Positions 1-15,936 of a stretch of DNA of 64,000 nucleotides are shown here, piece after piece. Position 1 is the first letter of the stretch, and the number at the start of each line of letters is the position of its first letter. The notes under the pieces are model-generated. The model searched no databases, had not been told where the DNA came from, and was given only the letters and a program-made list of their open reading frames with translations. Both the position numbers and the translations under genes were made by a program. Source of the stretch: Utricularia gibba (lineage: Eukaryota > Plantae > Magnoliophyta); the NCBI GenBank assembly GCA_002189035.1, contig NEEC01000002.1, positions 930,001 through 994,000 on the forward strand. The letters run 5' to 3'.

Positions 1-479
1 TGGGAGTCGTGGAAAGGCATGGTTTAGTCGACAAGCCGGATGCAAGAGTGCCCATGACCATGTTCTGGCTGCTCCCACAGTTTCTCCTCCTCGGTGCATT
101 CGACGGCCTTTTCAAATCCGCCGCCGTTGAGTTCTTCATCGACCAATCCCCTCAATCGACAGGGAAATACATTCCATGGTTTATAAATGCTGTCTGGGGG
201 ATCGGAACGCTCGGCAGCAGTCTGTGCGTTTATGTGGTCGGGAAACTGAGCGAACGAGGTGGGAGAAGGAACTGGTTCCAGCATGACATCAACGCGAGCA
301 GGGTGGATAAGTATTTCTGGACCCTGGCTTGGCTGATCGCCGTGAATCTCGTCGTTTTCATCGTGGTGGCGTTACTTTTCCGGTACAACGAATCTCGGAT
401 CGAAGAAGACGAAGAAATGGAGTTTGACGGGATGGAAGAGCCGTACCAGGATGAGAACCCTCGATGCTGCTGCTGCTGA
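1..479 (+). CDS. NRT1/PTR family (NPF) transporter, last exon only (5' part outside the window)
   Basis: The translation has NPF C-terminal motifs: VPMTMFWLLPQFLLLG..., EFFIDQSPQS, NWFQHDINASRVDKYFW and a final TM helix. Stop TGA ends at 479. Confidence 0.9.
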   Translation, partial: GVVERHGLVDKPDARVPMTMFWLLPQFLLLGAFDGLFKSAAVEFFIDQSPQSTGKYIPWFINAVWGIGTLGSSLCVYVVGKLSERGGRRNWFQHDINASRVDKYFWTLAWLIAVNLVVFIVVALLFRYNESRIEEDEEMEFDGMEEPYQDENPRCCCC

Positions 480-3127
480 TACTGATCAAGAGTCATCCGT
501 ACACCGGTGGCCTGCAGGGGGAAGATGACGACTCCTCATCACAATGGAAAGTAAATTACATCAATAAAATCCCAAAATTTAATACTTTGTTAAAAGTTAA
601 TGATCAATTTTTAATATAAATTATGTAATTTATTCCCACTGTATAACTTATTTCCAAAATTTCGTACATCAATCATAATTAATTTTTAAAATTTGATGTA
701 TAAAATTTTGGTTTTTCCCAATTCAAAATAAGTTTCATACGATTCAAAAATTAGACATGATTAATTGAATATTAGTTTTTAAATAATTGAAAATGAATAG
801 TATCAATTATTTCAAATAATAGATACTAAATAATTAGAAATCAATTTTGCAGTGTATAAAAATAATGAAAATCAATTTTATTAATGTTTTAAAATAGTGT
901 ATATAACATTAAGATCACTTTTATAATTTTCAAAAATAATGAAAATCAATAATATATATATATAGATTGTTTGTGCATTTTAACGGGTTTCAAGAAAACT
1001 AAACATTTATGTCCCAACCTATCCAAGTGGTCCATCTGGCTGAAGATAATTGGTTAAGGCATCGGTGGTCAATCTAGAGGCAAGCCTTCTCACTCCCTTT
1101 GAATTTTAAAGTTGCTTTGCCCACAGTCGCCAACCAAAGAATCCAATGCATTTACATTTACATTATATTTTATAAAAAAATATTATATATGTAAAATTAA
1201 TTATTTAAAATTTATCCTTCTTACTTGATCGCTAATCCATCAAAAGTTCTTGTGAGACAATCTGACTCACTCAGATGATTTTGAAATCTAGCCATCTATA
1301 ATTGAATCAATAGTCAACCCTATGGTAGCATTATTGAAATTATGCAACAAATAGATCAAGAGATCAAATACGTGAAATCTAGGTACAAAATAAATGTATA
1401 TCATATTACAAAAGATTAAGTTAATTTAATTATCAATAATTTATGATTTTTTATATATTTTACTATTTTAATTCCAAATATTGATATGAAATTATTTATT
1501 GTAATAAATATAATTAAACAAGTTACTGGTTCTGACACCCACTAGTCAAATTGGAGTTACCTGAACAGTGTCCTTGACGCACTCCTGTTGATTTCCACGT
1601 GTTCTCCACGATGCGTTGGTGTTGGAATTTATCACTCCTCACTGTTGATGATGCGACACAAGGAGACCGGTGTCCTCGACATCGTCCCCACAATTGAATG
1701 AAGGGAGAAGCATGTCTGTTCTTTCTTATTTTGAACAACCCATTTTTCACAATCCTATTCTTTTTTATATAAAATAATTGCCAAGGTGTGACACAATGAG
1801 ATAAACACGAAAAATATATGGAATCAATTATAATTGATATTTCGTCGTTTCCGATTCTATGTTTGATCATGTCACAACATATAGTCGTGGATATGTTGGG
1901 TGATGTATCACTTCAGGGTGATGTATATTATTAATCATATCATTAATAATAGGGAAGAAGAAAATCGATCGATTCATTTATATGTATATTATTTAATGGG
2001 ATCATATGAATGAATTATTTGGATGATTTGAAATTATGAGCACGGCAGAGCATGTGGCTATGATTGAACTCATAATGTCAGACCTCTATACTATTTGAAA
2101 TGGGTTTGTTTTTTAATAAATGAAGAGAATAGATCTAATTCAAATATTATTTAATTTGTAAAATTCATTTAAAAATAAAAAGGCAGAAGAATAAGGTGAC
2201 TCTATTTATGATTCTAAGGGTGTGATCCAAGATTTAACATGGTATAGATGGGGAAGAATGTAAAATTAAGGGTCTTATTATGATATCTTACATTAGTTAT
2301 GTATGAGGAAATAGACATAATTCAATAAAAAAAAAAAAATTCTTATAATTTTGTATAAAGTATTTTTTCTTAAAAGAAAAAATGTAAAACAATGAAGTTA
2401 GAATATTCTAAATGTACAATATCATATAATAAGAACATAAATCTTTATTACATTTGATAAACTCACATCCTAACAAATGATATTTTATTTTATTTTATGA
2501 TTTTAGATATAATTAGCAAACACAATTACTTTAAAACATAGATCTACACACTTACGTACGCATACAATTGCCTTATTCAATTACTCAACACAATCATTTT
2601 TATTTTTTTCTATTATATTTGATTATTATATATATATACTTACGTACAGAAAATTTTCAATTTTATTTCCTCAACTATTTTATTTTATTTTTAATGCGAC
2701 CATTAATTTATGAGGACATGCACCTTTTGACGTCACTTTTTACACCGTAAAAGCCTTCAATTTAGAGCAAATTGCCATTTTTTTTATTGTTTTTTAAGCA
2801 GACCCGTTTTCTTCTTCACTTGGCGGTCACCTGTTTGAGGATCTTTCTCCATGTAATTCTTGAAGATAAGAGATTGGGTGGAATCAATAAAAGGTGGGAT
2901 GGATAGCACGATGAAGGGAAAGCAAATTGGTGGGATTTTAAAGCAGAGATGAAAATCCGAGTACATCACTGATGATATCTTGTTGATTTCCATTCCTAAA
3001 GATGCAAAACCCAGAAAAAGAAAAGAAGCTGTTGATAGCACTACAAGGGCTGTAAGACGAGGGGGTTTGAATGCTCTTTTTGTGTGATTCTGCACAATAA
3101 ATCGAGTTCATGTTCCGGGTGTGGCAT

Positions 3128-3966
3128 TCATGGGGAATACATTGCCGGGTGCTGTCCTAAACCAGCATCCGAATCAAGCTCAAGATTCATACTGAATTCT
3201 GTAGAAGAATGCGGATGAAGATGATTTGTCATTTTCCCCTTGGAATCGTCGGATGCTGTGGTCGTCGTCTTCTCCGGTGCCTTTGGCTCTTCGATACTCA
3301 CCATGGTTATGTCGTGAATACTGGATCTCTTCTTGTCTTTCCCACCTGCAACTTGCCTAATAAAGTACTTCTGAGCATGACTGGCAACCTGAGTGGGAGT
3401 CCTCGTGGTCACGAAATTACGAGATATGTTTCGCCAATCCCCTTTTCCATATTTCCGCAATCCAAGCAAGAATTGCCTGCAAAGTCAGCCAATTTGAATG
3501 CAAAAGCACAGGAATTGGTTCCCGGAAAAATCCCTCAGTACCTGTGTTCTTCTTCAGTCCAGGGTACTCCCTTCTTCCTCTCGTGTTCACTGCACCTGGA
3601 AGAGGGCTTCCGCTGTTTCAACCCACCCTTCTCGCTGACCCACTCCAGTGTAAAGGAATTGTTGATGTACCCCGGAATCGGAATCGCCCCGGATTCGATA
3701 TCAGTGATATCTTCCACAAGTTCCCTGTAATGGTTGATGACATCGTGCACGGTTTTCCCCGGAGTCATCGAAGCCACATTGTACCAGCGATCAGGGGTGT
3801 CCTTGTCGTACAATGCGAGGGCGTTTTCGAACCGCTTGTTCTCCTCCGGAGTCCATTTGGAGAACCTGCTGCTCTGGTCGAAGAAGAGCCAGTTGGAAGA
3901 AGAAGCAGAAGAAGAGGAGTGATGGGCGGAGGGTGCAGAGGGGACAACTCCCACCCCTCTGTTCAT
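3128..3966 (-). CDS. DIVARICATA-like R-R-type MYB transcription factor, 2 exons (3966-3542, 3476-3128)
   Basis: The first MYB repeat reads [20 protein letters not shown] and the second [12 protein letters not shown]|[39 protein letters not shown] 65-nt GT-AG intron sits at 3541-3477. Confidence 0.93.
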
Positions 3967-6900
3967 TGGAATCACAAGAAAAGGGAATTCTGAGGGGAAT
4001 CTGTGAAGAAAACCAGCAACAGCAAAAGGCTAACCAGAACTATTAACGGGAGAGAAGACAGATATCTATCTACGGTGCAGGAAAGCAGAAGCTAAGGGTG
4101 TCAGTCAGACAGCATAATGGTGGAACCTAAGTTGGCTTCTCGGCTCTCCAAAAGCTACTCAATGAAAAAAAAGGGAAAGAAGAATCTTTGCCTCAACACT
4201 TTGAGTTGAAGTGATGGAAATCTTTGTCCCCTGCCTTCACTCTCTCTAACTACTAACTTCTCACTTGGGAAAACAAAGGATGTTGGAGTGGGCAAAACCG
4301 TAAATACACATCATAGGGTGTGGGGACAGCCCCGGTATTATTTTAGTTTCCCTTAGGGGTAGATCCGTACTTTCACTTTACGATTGTGCGGCAGCTGCTT
4401 CGCCAATTGCTATGAGCCGTCCACGTTGTAGTTGGATGGCATCTGTCGTCGTTGTCGGCCAATTGTTGGTTGCTTAATTTTTCTTTTTTTATAACAAAAA
4501 TTAATATGAATTTATTATTCATTTCTAATGATTAGATTAAACACCGAGAATAAGCTCTAATGACATTAAAGCGGCATAACAAACGTGGACGCAACCTCAA
4601 CTTGTAGACTGCCGACAGGTGACCGGTAACTATATACTAGATTATGGATGTAAGAATAAATTTATTTAAATAAATAAATCACCATAATTTTGTATGTCTT
4701 ATTATAATTTTTTAACGTAAAACGTAATTTTTCTCTTATTATAATAAGGTAAAAACATAAAATCATGAAAATTATATGTTCAATACGTACACTACAATAT
4801 AAGGAGAACATGAATCATCACATTAAATGATTGATAAGTCCACATTTTTAATGGAGACTACTTTTGAAATTTTATAATATTATATTTATTACTAAGGTTG
4901 TATTTTAATTATTCTTTTATTGCTGAAAAGTGAGTGCCCCTACACAATACCATTCATTTTCACGCGATTTTATTATATATATTAAAAAAGAAATAGTTGA
5001 ATTGCATAAAAGGTAATTTCCCATTAAAAAATAACAAAGTCGCTTTCCGAATTTGGACTCTACGTAATTTTGAAATACACGTCTATTATAAAAAAAAAAA
5101 AAATACGAAAAAAGTGTCTAGGGGTTCGGTCCGGTGCAAGATGAACCGATTCCATGCGAGAACCAATCACAAGTCGCCACTTGGGATTATGAGAAGTTAG
5201 GTTTTTCATATTCTTTAAAATAAAAAATATATTTTTTAATATTTTAAGACAAAATTTGCAATGAAAGTGACGTTATTTAATTAAGCACTTAGGTTTGGTG
5301 TGATGGAGCTTTTGGAAAGAAGAAATACATGATTGATACTCTTTTTATCTGTCATTGCAACTGGCTGGCGGCTGCTGTATGTTGATCGACATGCAAGTTT
5401 TCATTTAATGGAGTAAATTATTTTAGTGGGCCTCTATTCGCAACTGCATTCCACCTGTTTGGGCTGTTTGAGTCTATTCTTGGCGTTCATTAGGCTCCTA
5501 TTTCCCTAATGGGCCCATATTAATCCACAAAATTTGTAAGGAGCTGTTTGGGCCGCCATCTAGCGGACAATAACAAGCCGAAAGAATGGGATTATATTTT
5601 TGATAAATTTAAAAACTTCAAAATATTTTTATAAGAAAATAAATATTTATATTTTATGCATAATTTTTCTTATAAACTTATTATATATTTTTGAATTATA
5701 TTTTATGTTATTATTATAGTTTCAATAGATTTGTATTAAAATTATATTTTCAAAATCATATTTATTAAAATATGTAATAGTAAATTTATTTTTCAAAAAA
5801 TCAATTCTAATATAAAATCTATCATCTCATACTTTTTATAAAATTAAAATTATTATTAACAATTATTTCTCATACAAAAAACTTAGGTACATATTTGTAA
5901 AATAGAATCAATTCTAAAAACATATATTTGATTTTAAAGATATTTACTATAAAATATTATAAACCAATTAAATTAACCACGTTAATATAATATTTCTAAA
6001 TTTTAAATTTTTGTTGCAAAAATTATGTTTTTAAATAGAATATATTCTAAAATGGAGTTTAACCCATTACTTTAAAACACATTTGAAATGCCACCCCAAT
6101 CCCCATGTTATTGTTTGATGGGGTTTCCAATTTCCATTTGATTTAGGGTTTTCATTAATTTTCAAAACATAAATCAAAATAAATGATTGGTGTGTAGTTA
6201 GTTAACATTCTATCCTATGAAGAAGCCTCTTCAATAAATACCAACGGTTTTTGGAAATAATAAAAAACCTCAATAATTCACCCACTAAAACCATGTGACA
6301 TTGTCACCTTCTAACAAAAGGCATTAATGAACTTACATACTACAAATGATGACACCTCCAATTATTTTCACACGTGCAATTATAATGGCTACAGATACCT
6401 ATTTCGTAGTGGAATCAAATAATGGTCGCAGCGGCATGTTATCTCTGTGGGCGGACCCCCTGGTGACATGTTTGTTACATCACTAGACGTGCCCGCACCG
6501 CACCGTCTCAACATTCCTGGCATCCATTACTAAGATTACTGTTCACGTAACGTGTCACACCAATTAAAAAAATGCATATTTTATTGTTGAAATGCGCTCA
6601 AGGTGCATTTCAAAATGATTTTGGTCGGTAAATTTGCTTCATAAAAATATGAAATTAATTTTTTAATTATTTTTAAAATAGATATAGCTTATTCTATAAC
6701 AATTCCGAAGAAATAATGTTCAAGGATGTAATTAACAACTTAATATTTAAATTGGAAATAAAACATTATAATCATAAGATGGTTGATAGGTTACTTTAAT
6801 TAATGATATATTTAAATTATTTATGTTGAGATAAATATGTGTTATAGGATTACATTTTGAAAAGCGATTTGATAAATAAATTTTTTAAATATGTGTGTAA

Positions 6901-7160
6901 AATTATATTATATCTCAAAAAAGAAAATGATTAAAAATATTCGCATGCCTGATGGTTGTTAGGGTAATTGTTTATGGGAATGAGCGACTGTTTCTTCATC
7001 ATCGGGTGCGGGTATTTAGGCGAAGATGGAGGAGATTGCATAACTTGGTTGTGGGTACTGTAACAGTCCTCTCAATTTCCGATCTTGATTTTGTTTCTTT
7101 GAGTTGTTTTTTTTTTTTTTCACTGGGAATTTTTGGGGGGTAAGTGTATGTGGCGAGCGC

Positions 7161-9661
<2,501 letters not shown>

Positions 9662-9778
9662 TACATGATACAGAAGGATTTCGGTATAGTAATTCAGATA
9701 TTGAAATGCTCAAACGCGATACAGATACAGACGTGCATATAGGCAAAGAAAACAGGATTAGTAAACAGGAATCGAAGT

Positions 9779-10516
9779 TTACTCGACGGGAAGCATAACC
9801 TCGTTGGTTCTGAGCGCCGGCAGAGTGAAGGGCGGATTATACCTCGCGAGAACGAAATCTCCGGTGACCTGATGCCCATCTCTCTCCAAACACGCCTTAA
9901 GGTTCTTCACACGCTCCGCCACCACGCTCTCACGGGCCACACCACTAAACTTCACCACCGCATACTTCTTAGGTTCCTCCTCCCTGATCACCACTCTGTC
10001 ATCCAACGGCTTCGGCGCATCCGCTGCCCTCGCGTACTTGGACGGTAATATAAAAGCCATGGTCACCATTTCCCCCCGGCTCTTCGTCACCACCGGCGCC
10101 GTCATCGCCACATTCTCCGCTGGCGCTGCCGTCGTCAGGACTGGAGCCGTCATCGCTACCTTCTCCGCCGGCGCCCCCGCCGTGAGGACAGGAGCCGTCA
10201 TTGCGATGGGCTCGGGTCTAGCATTCTCCGCCTTGCCGAAGGCGCCAATATACCTGCCGAGGATACTGAATCCCCCGTCTTTGTCTGAATTGAAGTCGGC
10301 GGGGTCGTAAGTAACTTCCGCGACCACCGCCGGAGGATACTTTCGGATTTCGTAGTCCGCCGCTGCCGCGATGACCTATTGGGAGTAAAAAAAACAAAAA
10401 AACTTCAAATCACTAAATGCAGAATTCGCAATTCCACATCCAGGTACCAGAGAAACATTTGATCAAACCTCGTATTTGGGGGTTTCGACATTGATTTTAC
10501 CAAACACAATACCCAT
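9779..10516 (-). CDS. SOUL family haem-binding protein, 2 exons
   Basis: Exon 1 reads MGIVFGKINVETPKYE. Exon 2 reads V...DYEIRKYPP...GFSILGRYIGAFG...IAMTAPV...MAFILPSKY...ARYNPPFTLPALRTNEVMLPVE. Confidence 0.92.
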
Positions 10517-11859
10517 GCTGATGAAACCTACGGATCTTGATTGCACTGTGTTGCTGAGCTGGATGCTGAGTCGATGATCGGAGCGGGAGCGTGGTCTGAA
10601 TTTATATGTGGATCGCCGGCGGCGGGAGGAGGGGGAAGCGTTGACTCCGCAATACCGGCCGTGGAATCAACCCGCGGGGATAAAACGCCACGACATTTGG
10701 TACGCCCCATGGACGTCATCCTTCCACGTGGTGGCTTGTGGTACTTCTTGCTCAATTGGGACGAAGCTGCCACCGAGCTGCAGCTTCACATTGGGCAAGA
10801 AGCCCACTGTGCGCACCGCCCGTGCGATTGGGATTTTCAAAAGGAAAAAAACTGGTTTTTTTTTTAAATTAATATTTTTTTATTAAAAAATATCAATTTA
10901 TGATTAAGGATATTTGAATTGTGATTAAATAATGATTGAAGGTTCATTTTTTCTATTTTAAAAAAGGTTTTAATTTGGCCCAATTATATTTCACATTAAA
11001 ATGTTTTTTAATTATAATTTTTTAAAATATGGGTAAGGAGAGTTGTTAATGGGCTTGGAATTGAAAGCCCGGTCCACTCTAGAATAAATAGCTGAGATAT
11101 ACATATACTCCCGCTATACGACGACGTTTGGAGCTATTTGGTTTCCGTAGCCCGGTTAAGGTTTAGTAGAATTGAAGGCCTCCGCCGAACGCGGCGCGGC
11201 GGAGGTACTTGGCGGCCGTCCTCCTATGAATAAGAGAGTTAGTTCACGACCGGGTTAAAGGACCATGGTCACCGGGATAGGATGCGCCGCTGAGTCAACT
11301 CGTGAGCGATTTTGGGCCTCGGAATTGGAGTCTCATTGTTCGGGGATTCCTGCTGCCTCCGTTGGTGTAATCACCTCGATCCGTGGGGTGAAACGCAATC
11401 TATTTACTGGTTGTCCTTTAATTTTGTCGAATGCATCTTCTTTGGCTGCTGAGGTAAAAACATCATCGTTTTTTATGCTCTTTCAGGGTATCAAGTTGTT
11501 TCCAATAGGAATCGGATTGGCTACGTACAATAACCACACAACATGGTGTGTGTTTCTTCATTGCAAACACAGACATACTTACAATGATGCAAGGAACGCA
11601 AGATTCAGAAGTCAATGGCAAGAGTTTCGAGCTAAAGTTGCGAAAAAACACGGAGCCGTCGAGATTCAGAGCCCGATCCCCAAATCTTCTAACTAGAGTT
11701 GCAGAAAAACAGGGAGCTAAAGTTTGAGGAGGCCCAGAAGGCAACTTATACAGCTGCAGTTGCTCCCATGTACAGATCCTGCAGAGAAAAGGATTATGGT
11801 CCTATTGGGGTCAAAATTCCGTGGCACTTTCTCAAGATTTTTGATACATACCTAAGAGT

Positions 11860-12598
11860 TTAGTAGTAAAGGGATCCTGCACAAAGACAGGGAAGAATGA
11901 ATTGTCGATTCATTACAAAGGGATGGGATCCTAGTTTAAAGCAGAGTCTTCAGACGTACCCTGAAACCAGTTTCCTCTTAAAGCAGAGTTTAAATCTTCC
12001 CCACCGCCATTCTTCAAAACCTGTTCACGTAATTTGGCTCAGAAATTGGTGAAATGAGGAAGACTGAGAGTGGTGTAATGATAATTACTGTTGGTGTGCA
12101 GCTTGTTTCTGTCTGAAAGTAGACATCTTGAGCACCGTAGTATATTGAGGAACTGTAATGGAAGGGCATCGTTTTGTCCACAGGGTACTGCTCGAACACA
12201 TCCTTCACAGAACTCTTTTTGTGACCTGAATCATCCCATTTTCTAAATGAAAAACTAGAAAAAGGAGAAGATCAAAAGACCCCAGAAAGAAAAGAACCTG
12301 AGACATCAGACTTGGAACTCCATGGCTCATTTTCACTCCCGGAGCCATTTACCCTCTCAGCTTCAGGAGAATGCAGCGACTTTTTCCCCAGACTCATCTG
12401 ATTACAGAAAATGATGAAATTGTCGCAATTAACAATGACAATGAGCACAAAGGGCATGATCACCATGTTTACCGTAGCAGGAGAAGGCGAACTCTTTGAA
12501 CGACCCCCAGAGGACGTTATCGGAGAACCTTTGGACATGGGACTATCAGAAACGAGTGAAGAACAAGAAGAGAGATGCTTTTGCCTTCTTCCCTCCAT
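11860..12598 (-). CDS. SIS (salt-induced serine-rich)-like small protein, about 5 exons
   Basis: Starts MEGRRQKHLSSCSS. Internal FHYSSSIYYGAQDVY and C-terminal GGEDLNSALRGNWFQ|GSLYY* match the remembered SSSIYYGG and RGNWWQGSLYY motifs of this plant family. GT-AG sites rebuild the frame. Confidence 0.8.
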
Positions 12599-14327
12599 GC
12601 CGCAGACTGAAAATTTCACTCCCCAAATCAGAATCGTGGCTATGGAGAATTACAACCCCACAACCCCCGGATTTATACGCAAAGAGAAAGGCCCACCAGC
12701 GTCCCAAAGTAACCGCCGCTGAACAACCAAATGGATAAAACCCAGGAAAAAAGCAATGGGAGCCGGAGGTAATACAATGGGCAAATGAAACGCAACGAAA
12801 AGAGACAAATCAGGAGAAGACACGTCAAGAGACCATTGCCATCCCCGCTTGAGATCATCAACCAAAAGAACAACTTTAGGAGAACCATCAACTGTAGCCA
12901 TAATCCCAATATGCTACTTTATTGCTTCTTATTTATTGAATAAAAGCATTAATAAAATAAAAGGTATATCACATTATGCGTCATGTATCACAAAAGGTAA
13001 TTTTTTGCACACATATTTTCGAATCATTTAGAAAGTGATCGCATTTACATTACCCCTTATATATTAAGACAAAAATTTTTTAACATGACTACTTTCTTCA
13101 TACATTGGTATAATCACATTTGTAATAGGCTCTATATTTTATTTCTAATTTTTCCCGAAAAAGAAAAAATAAATTATCTTTGGAATAGACGTGAACTGTA
13201 CGGCGACCGACAACCGGGTTACTTTTCCCTAGGGAAATCAAATTGATGAAAAATTTGCAATCTTGTAAGAAGGAGGCGCCACGTGGCGGGTTTTTAACCA
13301 CGAATGCTTACTCAGCGGATATTTCTTGTGGGCATCCACCCGCCCCAAGTTTATTTCTCTTCCCGACCCACGGGTTTCTTTGCGGCTACCCCTTTTCGCC
13401 CGGTCCTCGTACCCAAGACATGAAGAAACGTGTCATGATGGTTTGGATGTCGGTATAAGAGTACGGACCAAACCAGTAATGGAGGAGTTGTTGTTGGGAC
13501 GAGGAGGAATGACTGACGGCTTATCTTGAAAAGGAGGAATGGGGTTTCTTGCTGTGGATGGCGGCCATCCTACGCGTTGTGTCCCAAAAAACACGACCTT
13601 GTTCGTGACCAGATACGAGGACCGCCCAACACAAGCATTTCAGACAAGGTGGCTGATTCCAAGACAGACTTGCTGATCTGCTAACCTATGCGACACTGAA
13701 CCTATTCGAATCCGAATACATTAAAAATTTGGTTATATATCAGATAATGTGTAAAAAAAAAATTAATTTTTTTAACTTAATGTGTGAGAAAGATTGTACT
13801 AGAATTCAACTTACTTGGTCTCCTCAAATGAAACACATGGCTCCTGTGTTATGGGTACGCACAGAGATTGGATCGAATTGAATCTCTTGGTTCCACGAGT
13901 TTTTTTTTTTTTAATTGTGATAAAGAAGACAAAGGAACACATTCTGTCTGAACTCATAGGTCCAGGTTTCATGTACTGTTGGGTGTCGCAAAGCCCTGTG
14001 TCGTCTCACTACTGGATCCGGCTTGTCTTGATGGGCCTACTATAGTGGGCTTTTAAGTATAGCCGTTCTGACGTGGTAGGCCCAATATCAGAATCAGTAA
14101 TAAAACAAAAACGATTTATAATTAATTTGTATTTCGAATTTAAATTGAAAGCCGTGGTCGGCGAGTAGAAAATATACTCGAGTATATTCTCCCCCAATGC
14201 AGGGGGTTTTCGTAGGGTTTAGTACCGGCTCTTTCTTGGTGAGCGGCGAAAGGTCAATTCAATGGCGGTCTTTTGAGTTTCGAGGAAAGGGGTACGAATC
14301 GGGACTCCGTTGTTTGACCTAAAGCCG

Positions 14328-15936
14328 ATGGATGCAACGGTCGGAGTTGGCAGTGCCTCATCGACGACGAATATCCTGCATCACCACCATCAACGGCAGC
14401 AGCAGCTGTCACATGTATCCCAGGTCGGTGCGATTCAGCAGCTTCTTTCCGGAGGGGTCGCGGGTGCTTTCAGCAAGACGTGCACTGCCCCTCTAGCTCG
14501 TCTAACCATTCTTTTTCAGGTTCTTTCTGATGTTTGGAATCAAAATTTTGATTTTTTTTTAATTTTCGGGACAAGTACCATTTGAAAAGTGGGTATCGAA
14601 TTGTACGCTGTTCTGATATTATCATTTCTTGAAATGCGCGATTAGGTTCAAGGTATGCATTCGGATGTTGCAGCATTGGGGAAAATTAGTGTGAGGCGTG
14701 AGGCACTGCGTGTTGTCCAGGAAGAAGGGTTCAGGGCCTTCTGGAAGGGGAATTTGGTTACCATAGTGCATAGACTGCCGTATTCTTCAGTCAACTTTTA
14801 TTCTTATGAGCAGTACAAGCGTGTGAGGACATATTTATGTTTTTTCACGTTATCATCGAAGGTAGTTTCTGGGCATGGCTCTGATTTTGCTTATGTTATT
14901 TCTCAATGTAGATTTTCAGCCCTTGGTTAGGTGATGATGAGGGTAATCAGTATAGTAAAATCCTCATGCATTTTGTCTGTGGAGGCTTGGCTGGAATGAC
15001 TGCTGCAACTGCCTCATACCCTTTAGATCTAGTCAGAACGCGTCTTGCTGCTCAGGTGCAAAAATCTCTTTTTCGGTGGTGTTGGGATTTTGTGCACTTC
15101 TCATTCGTATTGTGGAATGAGAACTAGTTAGAAGAATCGATCCGTGCTGGCTTCGTTATGTACTTTTTGTGATGTTCTCTTATTTTGTTTTGAAATTGCA
15201 GAGGACAACTATGTACTATCAAGGCATAAGGCATGCACTCCATAGTATTTGTAGGGATGAAGGTTTTATGGGTCTATACAAGGGGCTGGGACCAACATTG
15301 ATGGTACGCATAGAATAATATAGTAACCTTCATATCTGTTATCATTTTCATTTCCAGAAAGTATTATTTTTTTTGGTTTTCCCCCTATGTTACAGGGAGT
15401 TGGGCCAAGTATAGCCATAAGCTTTTCAGTTTATGAGACTTTGAGAGCTCATTGGCGTTCTCACAGGTTGGAACAAAGCTCTTGTTTTGCCTTCATTATG
15501 CTTTGATCTCCAACCTTCCCACTCTCTTGAAAATTTCTATTAGGCCGGATGATTCCACTGCAATGGTTAGCCTTTCCTGCGGCAGCATCTCCGGCATTGC
15601 TTCTTCCACAGGTATCATCAACCCCCCAAAGCTGTTTAATCCCATCGCCCATCAGCTCCTCCCAAACCGTGTACTGTTTTTCTTTTTTTCGCAGCTACCT
15701 TCCCTATTGACCTTGTCAGACGAAGATTGCAACTGCAAGGGGTAGCTGGTCAAGCACGAGTTTACAACTCCGGAATATTGGGAACATTCCGGCACATTGT
15801 CCATGCAGAAGGCCTGCGTGGCCTGTACAGGGGCATCATGCCAGAATACTGCAAGGTTGTCCCCGGCGTAGGCATTGCCTTCATGACATACGAAACACTG
15901 AAGAAATTGCTGTCTCCCACCGAGCCCTTCAGTTAA
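14328..15936 (+). CDS. Mitochondrial substrate carrier (SLC25/MCF) protein, multi-exon
   Basis: Three carrier repeats: LLSGGVAGAFSKTCTAPLARLTILFQ, GGLAGMTAATASYPLDLVRTRL and TFPIDLVRRRLQLQG, plus GFRAFWKGN and GLRGLYRGIMPEYCKVVPGVGIAF. Confidence 0.93.

Noticed and set aside
1480-2560. Possible LTR-retrotransposon remnant (TGTTGGAAT, TGTGACA/TGTCACA motifs) and a 115-aa minus-strand ORF
   Set aside because: No paired LTR, PBS, PPT, TSD or recognisable gag/pol motif could be found.
3209-4046. Long plus-strand ORFs (173 aa, 149 aa)
   Set aside because: They are antisense shadows of the MYB coding exons.
11265-11696. 143-aa plus-strand ORF
   Set aside because: No recognisable motif; it overlaps the probable minus-strand SIS 3' region.
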